DNA of 64,000 nucleotides from Octopus sinensis (Eukaryota): NCBI RefSeq assembly GCF_006345805.1, contig NC_042999.1, positions 21,824,001 to 21,888,000 of the forward strand, read 5' to 3'. Shown piece by piece: positions 52,364 to 63,691 of this stretch (position 1 is its first letter; each line of letters starts with the position of its first letter). The notes under the pieces were generated by a model. It saw only the letters and a program-made list of their open reading frames with translations, ran no database searches and was not told where the DNA came from. The position numbers and the translations under genes were made by a program.

Positions 52364-52787
52364 GGATCTTTTCGGTTTGAACGGCAGTTTTTCTAGCGTT
52401 GTCATATGAAATTGTCACCCATAATTATGACCCTAGTATCGATCTATTGCATTTCAATCTATTTTAGGGTTAGGGTTAGTTAGGGTTAGGGGTGGGGGGA
52501 AGGGTATCTTTTTTCTTCACAAGTGTAAATAAACCCAATCTGTTTCTTAAACGAAGGACATATTCATGCGGCACAGAATGCTTTTTACCTCAATAGACGT
52601 CAGTGATTGGTTGAAATTGCAGAAATTGAAGAAAAACAACAACAAATATCTTACAAACTATAGAATTTTCTCAATAAAGCCAAGAGAAAAAGATGTTTTA
52701 TAAACACATTCTACCTGTATACGGAGTTTAAAATTTTTTAGTTACCTAGAGATTATGTTAAAAACTGCCGTTCAAATGAAAAGATCC
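52364..52787. mobile_element. Mutator-like MITE with internal (TTAGGG)n, inverse of the 44053 copy
   Basis: Same TIR and interior as 44053-44471; flanked by a 56-bp duplication. Confidence 0.88.
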
Positions 52788-53601
52788 TAATTTTCAAAAA
52801 CAATCAACTAACTTATGATTGGTAAGACGTTAAATAACAGTGGATGTATTTAGCTGATTCTTTCATACTTATGTAGTCGTTGATAGCAAGTATGTTGAAT
52901 ATGAGAAAGTCATATGGTACAGCTGTGCATATCTTTATTCTTGATAACCTTCTACCAACAAATTATAGAAGTTATTGAACAAATAATTTCAATAAAACCG
53001 GTGAAATCTTCATTTTTCAGCTAATCCTATTTCCGTTCCAATGTCTACAGTTTCCACCTATTTAAAGTTTTCAACTGACTTCGCTTTTATAATTGGAAAA
53101 AATATAATTTTACTTTAAGCGCAACATCTGCGCATTCAGAAAAATACGTTAAACTATACTATATATTGAATTCTAGTTTGTTTATTTTTTTTTTTTATGT
53201 ATTAAATTTTTCAGCATTCTGAATTAAATATTATATTAAAATCAAAAAGCATTACTACAGCAAATATTGCACTTATGCACAGTACGGTCAGTAACGGGTG
53301 TTTATAAGTTCATGGAGTAATTTGATGGAACAATCTCAATAATTAATTGAAAGCTCTTTCATCTCATTGACGAAGAGAATCTTTGAGAGAAATAGATTAT
53401 ATGGAAAACATTAACCCTCTTGAAACAAAATATTTCTTGATAAAAAACGAAAATACTGAGATGGGCTGCGTGTTATTGGGCACAATACGTAGATCAATGA
53501 ACTAAATATTCTGTAATATGCAAATCGTTTTCAATCGTGGACTTAACCGTTTGCTTATCCTAAACATGCCCATGGGTTTCTTCAAATCGTCCATGCCTGC
53601 T

Positions 53602-54132
53602 TTCAGACTTTTATTTAGCCCTTGATGGTTGGTAAAAAATTTCAGACTTTTAGTTAGTCTTTCATGGTTGGAAAAAATTTCAGACTTTTCGTTAGCTCTT
53701 GATGGTTGGGAAAAATTACAGACTTTTAGTTAGCCCTCGATGGTTAGAAAAAAATTCAGACTTTTAGTTAGCTCTTGATGGTTGGAAAAATTACAGACTT
53801 TTAGTTAGCCCTCGATGGTTAGAAAAAATTCAGACTTTTAGTTAGCTCTTGATGGTTGGAAAAATTTTCAGACTTTTAGTTAGCCCTTGATGATTGGTAA
53901 AAATTTCAGACTTTTAGTTAGCCCTTGATTGTTGGAAAAATGTCAGACTTTTAGTTAGCCCTTGATGGTTGGAAAAAATGTCAGACTTTTAGTTAGCCCT
54001 TGATGGTTGAAAAAAATGTCAGACTTTTAGTTAGCCCTTGATGGTTGGAAAAAATTTCAGACTTTTAGTTAGCCCTTGATTGTTGGGAAAATGTCAGACT
54101 TTTAGTTAGCCCTTGATGGTTGGAAAAAATTT
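53602..54132. repeat. Intronic minisatellite, about 14 x 38 bp
   Basis: Unit TCAGACTTTTAGTTAGCCCTTGATGGTTGGAAAAAATT, head-to-tail without spacers. Confidence 0.95.
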
Positions 54133-54526
54133 GAGAATGTGTATCATATATGATACATAGACGCCAGAGGAATATGCTCTGCTTATTACATGTGATACGC
54201 AGAACAGGCAAAGCGAATCTAACCAACGCCGCAGGAAAATAAGAAAACGGTGAATCAAAACCTATTGTGTCATATTCTCCCATTCCATAATTTGCTTTCG
54301 TGTAGTGATCCTGGTGTAAGTCAGTTTATTTGAGAGCCTTGTTATCTAAGCAAATCTCATACAGCACTTGTTGATTATACGACTACCTTTTCTTAGAACT
54401 ATGAGTTGTATAGCTGCAAACTACCATACGACCTACTTGCAGATAAGCAGATTAATTCACTTCATAGTTAAATATGTTCTCTAGTGAAAATCATATGACA
54501 ATTATAGTCAGATAGAGAACTATATG

Positions 54527-54830
54527 TGGAGGCACAGTGGCCCAGTGGTTCGGGCAGTGGACTCGCGGTAGGAGGATCGCGGTTTCGATTCGCAGACCGG
54601 GCGTTGTGTGTGTTTATTGAGCGAAAACACCTAAAAGCTCCACGAGGCTCTGGCAGTAGGTGATGGTGACCCCTGTTGTACTCTTTCACCCTAACTTTCT
54701 ATCACTCTCTCTTCCTGTTTCTTGTGTAACGCTGTGATGGACTGGCGTCCCGTCCAGCTGGGGGAAAAACATGCGCCACAGAAACCGGGAAACCAGGCCT
54801 GTGTGCCTGGCTAGGCTTGAAAAGGGCGCA
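54527..54830 (+). mobile_element. S3 SINE with tail type C
   Basis: Matches 5762-6048. Confidence 0.9.
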
Positions 54831-56350
54831 TAAATATATGTATTCTCCGTCGTAATATTTAGCGTACTAAAGGCGGCGAGCTGGCAGAACCAGTTGCACT
54901 TCAAAAAAATTGCGTTCTGCTTTCAAATTTCGTTGAGGTCCACTTTGCCTTGCAGAGTCATTCACGTTAGTAGCAGTTGAGTACTGGGGTCGATGTTATC
55001 AACTTAACCCCTGAAATGACTGGCCTTTTGTCAAAACCTGAAGCCAATATTTATCTTACTGCATCAAGTATAAGTAAAGCTGTGTAGCAGGTCAATATGT
55101 AAACTGGCAGAGCGTTCTGTTGTTAAGCAAGACATATCGTTTCATGTTGCCCTTATCTAGACATCTGTAAATGAATACTGACGTGGTATTACTGCAGCAC
55201 TCCCTCTCCCTCCCACTTCTTCTCTCTTTCCCCCTCTCTCTCTCTCTCTTCTAGGAGTTATCATATCCTGGTTATTCAGCTCGGTCAAACATGACAGGAC
55301 GGACAGGGTGTCTGTAAGTTCATGCAGTTACATAAACAACTAAATCAATGAGCAAAATGGGGATACATGCCACCACATGCTACTCACTTGGAACGACGGC
55401 TGTTCGTATTGTACGTTGGGTCACCATGCAGTAAATTCCTGGTTTTGTTTTTCATTATTTTAAGACATTATGCTAATCCCTGCTTATATTTAAAAAAATC
55501 TGCATCCCTAGTCACACCAAGATGCTGCAATGTCTCGCTGATGAATTCAAATAAACCTAACATTTTTAGAAATATCGCTGTATGAAGTGTTAAAGATGAC
55601 ATTTAATACCCACTGCAATCCATATTTATTTGATTATAATTAATTAAAATAATTAATCATTTAGATAATGACTTGCATTTCTTATCACCCATGGGTGTAA
55701 TATTAATTAATTTTCCTGTTTTACAAGTGAATTAGCGCCCACGTTTATAAAATTAAGTACATTTTGCCTAATAATCTACAGCTAGATATTCATGGCGAAA
55801 GTCTTTACGTGGTCAAACATTCTACTGGAAATAACAGCCAAAATCTCCCCTTGAATATTCCTAAAATACATCCTGCTACATTTATAAACCGCAACACCTT
55901 ATATCATGTCGTCTTAGACACAGCATCAAAATTTGTACTGTGTGATCATGAATGTCCATGAAATAGATTTTTAGACATGTATGAAAATGTTACTCGATAT
56001 TAGGACATAAGGATATTTAATGTCTATGTTTAGTTTTCCGCTATTGATACAAAAGATAGCGCGAGTAACAGAGCAAAGCTGGTGACAGATAACTAGCTGA
56101 GGATTAGTACATATCATCTCAGCATTTCAATCCTACTGTACTAATATTTTAAGATTATATCTAGTTCAGTGTTTCTCAAAATCGGTTCCGAGAAACCCTG
56201 GTCTTCCGTAAGAACATAGAGGTATTCCGCGATTAAAATTTGCCTTTCGATAAAAATTAAGAAATTTGGTTTGTTTTATAAAGAGCGGGTCTTCACTAGT
56301 TCCAAAAGGATACATATTACGTATGATATATATATATATATATATATATA

Positions 56351-56555
56351 AGAATACAGTGTACATTCAAACACATAAGAGATAACCGATAATTGGATAT
56401 CTGATTCACTAGAAAGAGCAGTTATGTGTTTGAATGTACTCTGTATTTTTCTATGAATAATGTATGGTCTATTGACTAATTTTTTCCTTCCGCTAGACCA
56501 CTAGTAACAACGAAATTTTCTATAAATATTTTGCTACCTTAAGATTTTTTATTAT
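56351..56555 (+). mobile_element. Inverted-repeat plus tail cassette in (AT)n
   Basis: 26-bp arms AATACAGTGTACATTCAAACACATAA / TTATGTGTTTGAATGTACTCTGTATT; tail GCTAGACCACTAGT..TTGCTACC. Confidence 0.65.
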
Positions 56556-56574
56556 ATATATATATGTTGATTCG

Positions 56575-56756
56575 CTAGCCTCTGCACGCATTTTTTTCTC
56601 TCCTTGTTTCTTTCTGTGTATCTTTCTGTTGAAGAACGTAGGCTCGAAACGTAAAAGACTTGTTTTATTTATATTCCTGAGCGCCATACTAATACAATTG
56701 ATTGTTTGTATTCCACCTGCCTTCGTCTTTTGTCTATTTTCATAAAGCTTCCCGTT
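56575..56756 (+). mobile_element. Family B hammerhead element ending in (AT)n
   Basis: TCTTT CTGTTGA A GAAC-GTAG-GCTC GAAA CGTA AAAGA at 56621-56658; tail matches 1630-1725. Confidence 0.75.
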
Positions 56757-57142
56757 ATATATATATATATATATATGTATATATAAAACTTATAATTATA
56801 TCAGGAAGGAAATATTTCTGTAATGACTACTAATGGCTAAATATGACAAATGCACGACTAAATAAGGGAAATGTTTACAATTTTTTCCTATACAAAGTTT
56901 CAAATTCAAGTTCAAATTTCTAAATCCAACGAAGAGCACCAAAAAATGATTACCTCCCTTGTAATTACTATCCGCTAGATATAACATAGATATATGCAAT
57001 ACAGTGGGGAAATTGTAAACAATACTTCTGTAAAGACAAATCTAATCTGAAATGGCTTACTCTCTTCTCAACTGGATGTAAACAATGTCACATTGAAATT
57101 GCAATTAATACACGCATAGAAGAATAGGTGAAATTCACTCAC

Positions 57143-57291
57143 ATATTTAAACCGCCTGTAACATCTGTTCTCGTTACGTCAAAGAAGAACGCTTCCGACG
57201 CTACGGCCCAGTATTCCCATTCAGTAGCCATAGCGTAAGTGCTTAATTTCCAAGTCGCGTAGCGTTTTGCCTGATTGTAAGCGTTCGTAAT
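57143..57291 (-). CDS. Internal coding exon of a spliced zinc-peptidase-like gene
   Basis: Acceptor cttttacag|ATT, donor AT|gtgagt. 149 nt encoding ITNAYNQAKRYATWKLSTYAMATEWEYWAVASEAFFFDVTRTDVTGGLN plus 2 nt; phase matches exon 52113-52257. Confidence 0.88.
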
Positions 57292-57440
57292 CTGTAAAAG
57301 TAGATGTGTACATATCTCTATATTAACATTTATATATATATGTATATTGGTAGAAATATAGTGAGATAAATATATTTCATGTTAAACCGTTAAACCCGAC
57401 ACACATTTTTCTCTCTCTCCGTTTTCTTCCCCTCATCCCT

Positions 57441-57587
57441 TTCTGTCGAAGAGGGCAGACTCCTAACGTCTAAGACTTTTCCATTCTTACCAAGCGTCGC
57501 CAGGAAACGACAAATAGGTGTATTAGTTTGACGCTTGGTAAGAATGGAAATGTCTTAGACGTTAGGATTCTACCCTCTTCGACAGAA
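57441..57587. mobile_element. Inverted pair of family-B-like arms
   Basis: 57441-57498 is the inverse of 57530-57587; CTGTCGA core, GAAA decayed to CTAA in both arms. Confidence 0.7.
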
Positions 57588-57719
57588 TTAATACACTTGC
57601 TGTCGTTCCCTGGCACACACACACACATTTATGTATATATATATATGCCCGACCACTACATCATCTCTCTCCCCGCTCTCTCTCCTCCCTCTCTCTCTGT
57701 ATAAATATATAAGTGTGTG

Positions 57720-57766
<47 letters not shown>

Positions 57767-57768
57767 AA

Positions 57769-58099
57769 GACCCCCTTCGGTCATGAGTGACCATGGGTTT
57801 GCACCTAGAGAGTTACCCTCTGAGGCACAAGTCTGGGCAAGGTTGTTTTATGGAAGACCAGCAGTCGCCCATGCATACCGGCCTCCCCTCTCCACGCCAC
57901 CAGTGTTATCCAAGGGAAAGACAAAGGTCGATACAGCTTGGCACCTGTGACGTCGCAACTCATTTCTACAGCTGAGTGAACTGGAGCAACGTGAAATAAA
58001 GTGTCTTGCTCAAGAACACAACACGCAGCCCGGTCCGGGATTCGAGCTCACAACCTCACGATCGTAAGCTCGACGCTCTAACCACTGAGCCATGCGCCT
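57769..58099 (-). mobile_element. S4-type SINE with tail type B
   Basis: tRNA-like head at 58030-58099, tail ends GACCGAAGGGGGTC on the minus strand. Confidence 0.92.
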
Positions 58100-58559
58100 T
58101 ATACATACACACACACACACCACACACACACACACGAATATATATATATGACGAATGAATGACAGGAGAAGGAATATACGACAATTTATTATTAATCACG
58201 ACAATAGTTTTAACACATCTGGCATCGATCCCTCACGGGTGGGACACTCAACAACTGATTCAGGAGCATCTGGCGGTACAGATGTATCTCGGTGGGTGAT
58301 AAATAAATACAACTCATTAAAATAATCCTTCCGCAATGTAACTTCCCGTTTTGCAGAAAGAAAAGCATCCAGACGAAGGAAATATCTTCATTTATATAGA
58401 AGATCAAAAATAAAATCAGTAATGGCAAAAAAAGAAACGAAGACGCAATCCAGCAAGAAAGGAGGTTTTCGGTTTATCGCACAATTGTCTAGGCACAGCT
58501 CACCGCACATCGTTCGGAACAAATGGACGATCACGTAAATGATGTCTGAACGGTCCAAA

Positions 58560-58830
58560 GAGGTAATATTCTGAAGGAGTGAGATTTGAACTGCATGTAG
58601 GTTATTTCTATCAATGGTTCCGACAGTGTGGGTGGCTGCATTGTCATGCAACAGTAACATATGATTTATTAATAGACCTCAGCGCTTGGTGCGAGTTGCT
58701 GGTTTCTTTTTCTTGGTCTGCATTTGACGGAAGGTAACACTGGTTACGGTAGGCCTATTTTCTGGGTACTGTTCCAGTACAGGGTCTTTTGCGTCCCAAA
58801 AATCGGTTAGCATCACTTTCACAGCAGAAA
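58560..58830 (-). mobile_element. Mariner transposase fragment
   Basis: SAVKVMLTDFWD and LLLHDNAATH motifs. Confidence 0.75.
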
Positions 58831-58957
58831 ACATTTCCTAAAGGTACCAGTCATAGGGATTGAACTCAGGGCCATGAAGTTGGAAACCAAACTTCATACT
58901 ACACAGCGTCAGTGATGGTTGACTATTCCTATTCTACTGTACATTATAGTATTCAGG

Positions 58958-59340
58958 TGGAGGTACAATGGCCTAGTGTTTAGGGCAGCGGACTCGCGGT
59001 CGTAGGATTGCGGTTTCGATTCCCAGGCCGGGTGTTGTGAGTTTTTATTGAACGAAAGCACCTAAAGCTCCACGAGGCCCTGGCAGGGGTGGGTGGCAAA
59101 CCCTGTTGTATTCTTTCACCACAACTTTCTTTCACATGTTCTTCCTTTTTACTTTTGTACTTGTATTTCAAAATGGCCAGCCTTGTCACACTCTCTATCA
59201 CGCAGAATCTCCCCAAGAACTACGTTAAGGGTAAACGTGTCTGTGGAGTGCTCAGCCACTTGCACTTTAATTTCACGAGCAGGCTGTTCCGTTGATTGGA
59301 TCAACTGGAAACCTCGTCGTCGTAACCGACGCAGTGCCAC
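58958..59340 (+). mobile_element. S3-headed SINE with tail type A
   Basis: Inverse of 50396-50770. Confidence 0.9.
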
Positions 59341-60910
59341 GATAGTATTCGAACAAAACAATCTCGATACTTATGAATTAATATTCTCTCCGCTAAGTGA
59401 AAGTTAGTAATCGATCTCTAATGAAGCCATAATTGACGCTGAAAGTATTCAGATTGCTTCGTTTCGCGTTTCGACTCCCAGAGACAGAAAGGGAGAGAGG
59501 CGGGGTTATACTAATACATGGGGATTTAATTTTCACAGCGAAACAAAAATATGCAATCACCAAGAACAAAAAATTTGCTATAAGCTCACCTTAGAATTTT
59601 ACAGACACTCTCGTCTTGTAATGTTCCTATTAATTAAGGTACATAAAAGAACATTTATGGAGAAATATAAATTGACGGCTAGATAAGTAGGGATTCGCAC
59701 ACATTCATTTTGAAATATAAGTATGTATACGTTTCTTTATATGTGTCTAGATGCGAATATTATACTATTGTACTTAGTATATATATCCCTAGATATGACC
59801 AACTTCTAAAAGCATTGTGACTTTTAAATGGTTCCACTGATGGTATGTCTCCGCTGTTCCGGCAATGAAAAAGTAAAATGAGAAAAAAAAACCCACTTAA
59901 TATTAACAATTCAATTAGATTTATTACATGAAACGGTAAAAACTTTTCCACAAAGTATTTCGTATCAAATTGTCATATTCGCTGTTGCGCATTCTAACCT
60001 ATTTCATCTCTCTTTATTCCCAGAATCTGCAGATAGGAGCTAAAAATCACGATGCGCTGACTTTAAATGCGCAGGAAGTAGGTTTAACATCTCCCTGCAT
60101 TCGTCGCTAACATTATCATAAAGTTAGCACTTAACATACTACTAAATTCGATTAGTATTCCACCAAAATGCAATGAATATTTATTGGAGATTCATCTCTA
60201 TTTTATTCCATTTTGGTCTGTTCTAATTTTCATGTTTCCAAAGAATTTCCTTTTTTTTCTTTCCTTTTTATACATTAGGATTTATTGCTCAATGATACCG
60301 TTACACAATTCAGTCAGTTACATGCAATATGTATAAGTTGTCCGTGTAACAATATTTATAGCATCTTGTTTCTCCACTAATACTCCTCCTAACTACACAT
60401 TACTTGCTACGTAATGAAGAATTTGTTACTTAAATGTGAGTGAACAACGATCTGTTTTCCGAATATAAAATTATCATAGATATTGTTTCGTAGCACATGA
60501 CTATGGACAACCACCGAACATTGTCTGTTATTTACGTACTTTTTGTTTATGGCTCTCTCTCTCTCTATATATATATATATACATATATATTCCCCATTTT
60601 TTTGTTGGATTTCTTTAATACTAAGTGAATAAATCACAAGCTAACCTAAAACGAATACTAAAAGGGTACGAACGAAGAATATAGACAATATAGACAAAAA
60701 CGGGTGTTGTTTGAATGAACAGGCAACAGGCATATAGGGAAACATTTCAATTCGCAATCGCATCGTTCTTAGTTCAATCTCACTTTGCGATATAATGTAC
60801 AAGTATTTTGTACTATAATCCGTGTTGTGCAATGCTTTGTGAGTAGAGGTTATCAGACGCGAGCCTATATATATATATATATGCTAAACCTCGCTAAGAT
60901 AAATATTTCA

Positions 60911-60983
60911 ATTACCTGAAGATTGACTGTAACCATAACTCGAATTATTACGAATTGGACAGCCATGAAACGATCGTAGTGTT
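60911..60983 (+). ncRNA. Hammerhead-like motif, family D (element about 60882-61118 between (AT)n tracts)
   Basis: TAC CTGAAGA TTGACTGT..ACAGCCAT GAAA CGATC GTA GTG; palindromic stem III ACGATCGT. The tail recurs inverted at 25740-25830. Confidence 0.7.
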
Positions 60984-61115
60984 TTACTCATTATCTTTTA
61001 TTAAATTTTAATACTTATGATATATATTTAAAATAATATAAATTAATTAATTTTATGTATTGGCTTAAGTTTTTCATTGTTTGATTTGCCTAATAGTGGT
61101 TTTATCTCTAATTTA

Positions 61116-61207
<92 letters not shown>

Positions 61208-61274
61208 AGAAACTTTTGCGTAATTAGATAAAAAACCAAGGCTGTATAGATATAAGAGCATATATAGATAGAAG

Positions 61275-61326
61275 GTCTTACAGCTGTTTCTAGGATATTA
61301 ATTAATGATATCCCTTCATCGGAGAC
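61275..61326 (-). ncRNA. Family C hammerhead-like motif (CCGAUGA core)
   Basis: GTCT CCGATGA A GGGATAT..ATATCCT A GAAA CAGCT GTA AGAC. Confidence 0.72.
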
Positions 61327-62029
61327 AGTGTGAGAGGAAAAATTAAGTCATAGTTAGTTTCGATGTGATACAATATAGAGTGTGAAGTGGAGGAAAGAAA
61401 AGAGATGTAAGATATGTAAGGGTATTGAATTTGTAAATCCGTTTTATAGGCATAATGGTATATATGCAATATTCCAATATCCTTTGAGTAAAATCCAAAA
61501 GTCGAACAGAGTTTAATATGAGTCCTTCCAAATATAGAGTTTATAAGTAATATAAGATTCCCATATGAGTGATATCCAGTAGATTTTGAAACTTGGTCAT
61601 TCCCAGTAGGGAATTTATATACAGTGTTGCAGAGTCAAGGTTTGTATTTAAATACAAAAAATATAGAAGAAAATAAAAAATAATTCGGAAGTATATTGAG
61701 AAAAAAGAAAAATGAATCATTATTCGTACAAAGAAAACATCCTTGCATGGTACCCAGTTTGAATATGAACGCAAATAAAGCCTTCGCTATCGCTCACAGT
61801 AGCAGTTACCAATTTATCACAGAATGCACTACACAGTAAATAAGTATTTTTTCCGTAGCTAAGTCAAAGACGGGTGATATGGTGGCAATGGGTGTAGTGA
61901 CGGCGCTGGCCGTATGCAGTATGCGGTAAGCCTTCCTGTCTCCGTGTCCGCCCCTAAAATCTGCACTTGCGGAATTTTTAAGCTTTTTTTACATTCAATA
62001 CATCTCTCCTTGTCGCGTGTATTTGGTTC

Positions 62030-62430
62030 CTAAACAGTGCAGGTATGTACGTTACGCAATATGCATGCAGTTTCAAGTAATGCCGATACGCGTAGATTGT
62101 AGGATAGGTCTAAATTTTCCAGATGTTTCTTCAGTTTGGGTGGTATTGAACCCTATGCTTCGATGGCAACAGGGACAACATTTACGTCTAACTCCCATAG
62201 ATGCCACATCTTGGCGATCTCTATTCTCAGGTCTCTATACTTAGCAATCTTTTCTCTTTCTTCCATGATAATATGTTGATCTACTCCCTGCTACGTCGAT
62301 TATTAGGTAATCTTGTTATTATATCTGGCCTCCAGTGCTGTAGCAACTTGTCTGCTTGGAAGTCAAAGATCCAGAGGATTTTTGCCTTCCCCTTTTCGTC
62401 CATTCCTTGTTCTAGTGTATGTTGGTAACA
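62030..62430 (-). mobile_element. R4/Dong LINE restriction-like endonuclease 3' fragment
   Basis: KILWIFDFQADKLLQHWRPDII, LIIDVA, AKYRDLRIEIAKMW, VVPVAIEA*GSIPPKLKKHLENL, SALLETACILR. Confidence 0.88.
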
Positions 62431-62439
62431 AACACCCGT

Positions 62440-62860
62440 TTAGTGCGCTGGACGAAATCGGACAATACAATACAAGGGACAAGTGAGGTGTTGAACAATG
62501 TCATGTAAACAATAAGTAACCAAAAAAAAAATAATAAAACAACTATTCCATAAAAGTTCCCCCCAAAAGCGGGGAGTTCTTCACAGGGACAACCGCAAAG
62601 CCCTACACAACCTCGTTATCCCAACCGCCAGGTACACCTCAGCAGGCGCCATTCTCCTTCTCAAATCCTCCGGTTCACAAACGGAAGTTCAGAGTAGGCT
62701 CATTCACACGGGCCATCCTCGCCATACACACCCACCTGTCAAGAAATTTACTGGTGGGTGGGGACGAACTTCTTTGTCTACCCTCACTGTCTTTTGCAAT
62801 TGGGACTTGAAAAACTCAATGAGGGACGGACCGAAGGTGTAAAGTCTCTTGTCTTCCGTC
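62440..62860 (-). mobile_element. Probable Tx1/L1-clade LINE 3' end
   Basis: GPSLIEFFKSQLQKTVRVDKEV / KFLDRWVCMARMARVN* followed by a T-rich 3'UTR. Confidence 0.5.
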
Positions 62861-63480
62861 CTTTCAATCTTTTACTTTGTTCTGTCGAGGGTTTTTTTTT
62901 GTGGTGTTTTACCAGATTTCTTATTTTATGTTGGTGAAGTAGACAATATTCGCAAGACTTCATTTCCTCTTGGAAACCAAGCGACTGTCCAATAGGCTAT
63001 CGAAAACAGATATAGGTTATAGTAATTTATAGTCACAATATATCACGTCTTTGCTAAATTGATTGGTCTGATTGCCGTCGGCAACGTAGACAATTAATTA
63101 ATTAATTAATTAATGATGCACACAACAGAGAATGTTACATAATCAGTAATATATACTTAAATATAACTAATGATCAACAATATTACAGCTGAATGCTTTC
63201 GAATGAAGTAACAAAGAGAATCGAAACCTTTGAAGGGAATCCGGTCGCGGAGAAATAAAAGGAAAGCACACTGTCTTTCTTTTACTTTATATATAAGACA
63301 TGATGAAATATCATAACAGTACATAAACTATTTTCTTCAACCAATGTATCTACTTTCGACAGCAAATCTAAAAATGTATTTTCACAAACGACACACTCCG
63401 ACTGCTCTGTTTTATATCAATTTTACTCTTTATATATTGCTTTTTCATTATACATTGACAAACACACGCACACTCACGCA

Positions 63481-63602
63481 CAACGTGAAATAAAGTGTCT
63501 TGCTCAAGGACCCATGTGTCACCGGGAATCGAACTCGCAACCTTAGGATCATGAGCCGAATGCCCTAACCACTAAGCCACGCGCCCTCATTCATACATAC
63601 AT

Positions 63603-63691
<89 letters not shown>

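Noticed and set aside
53602-54132. 38-bp repeat array as a CRISPR
   Set aside because: Units are contiguous with no unique spacers, no cas genes, and the context is a eukaryotic intron.
60021-60074. 54-nt plus-strand exon candidate (NLQIGAKNHDALTLNAQE)
   Set aside because: Splice-like signals only, with no partner exon or recognisable motif.
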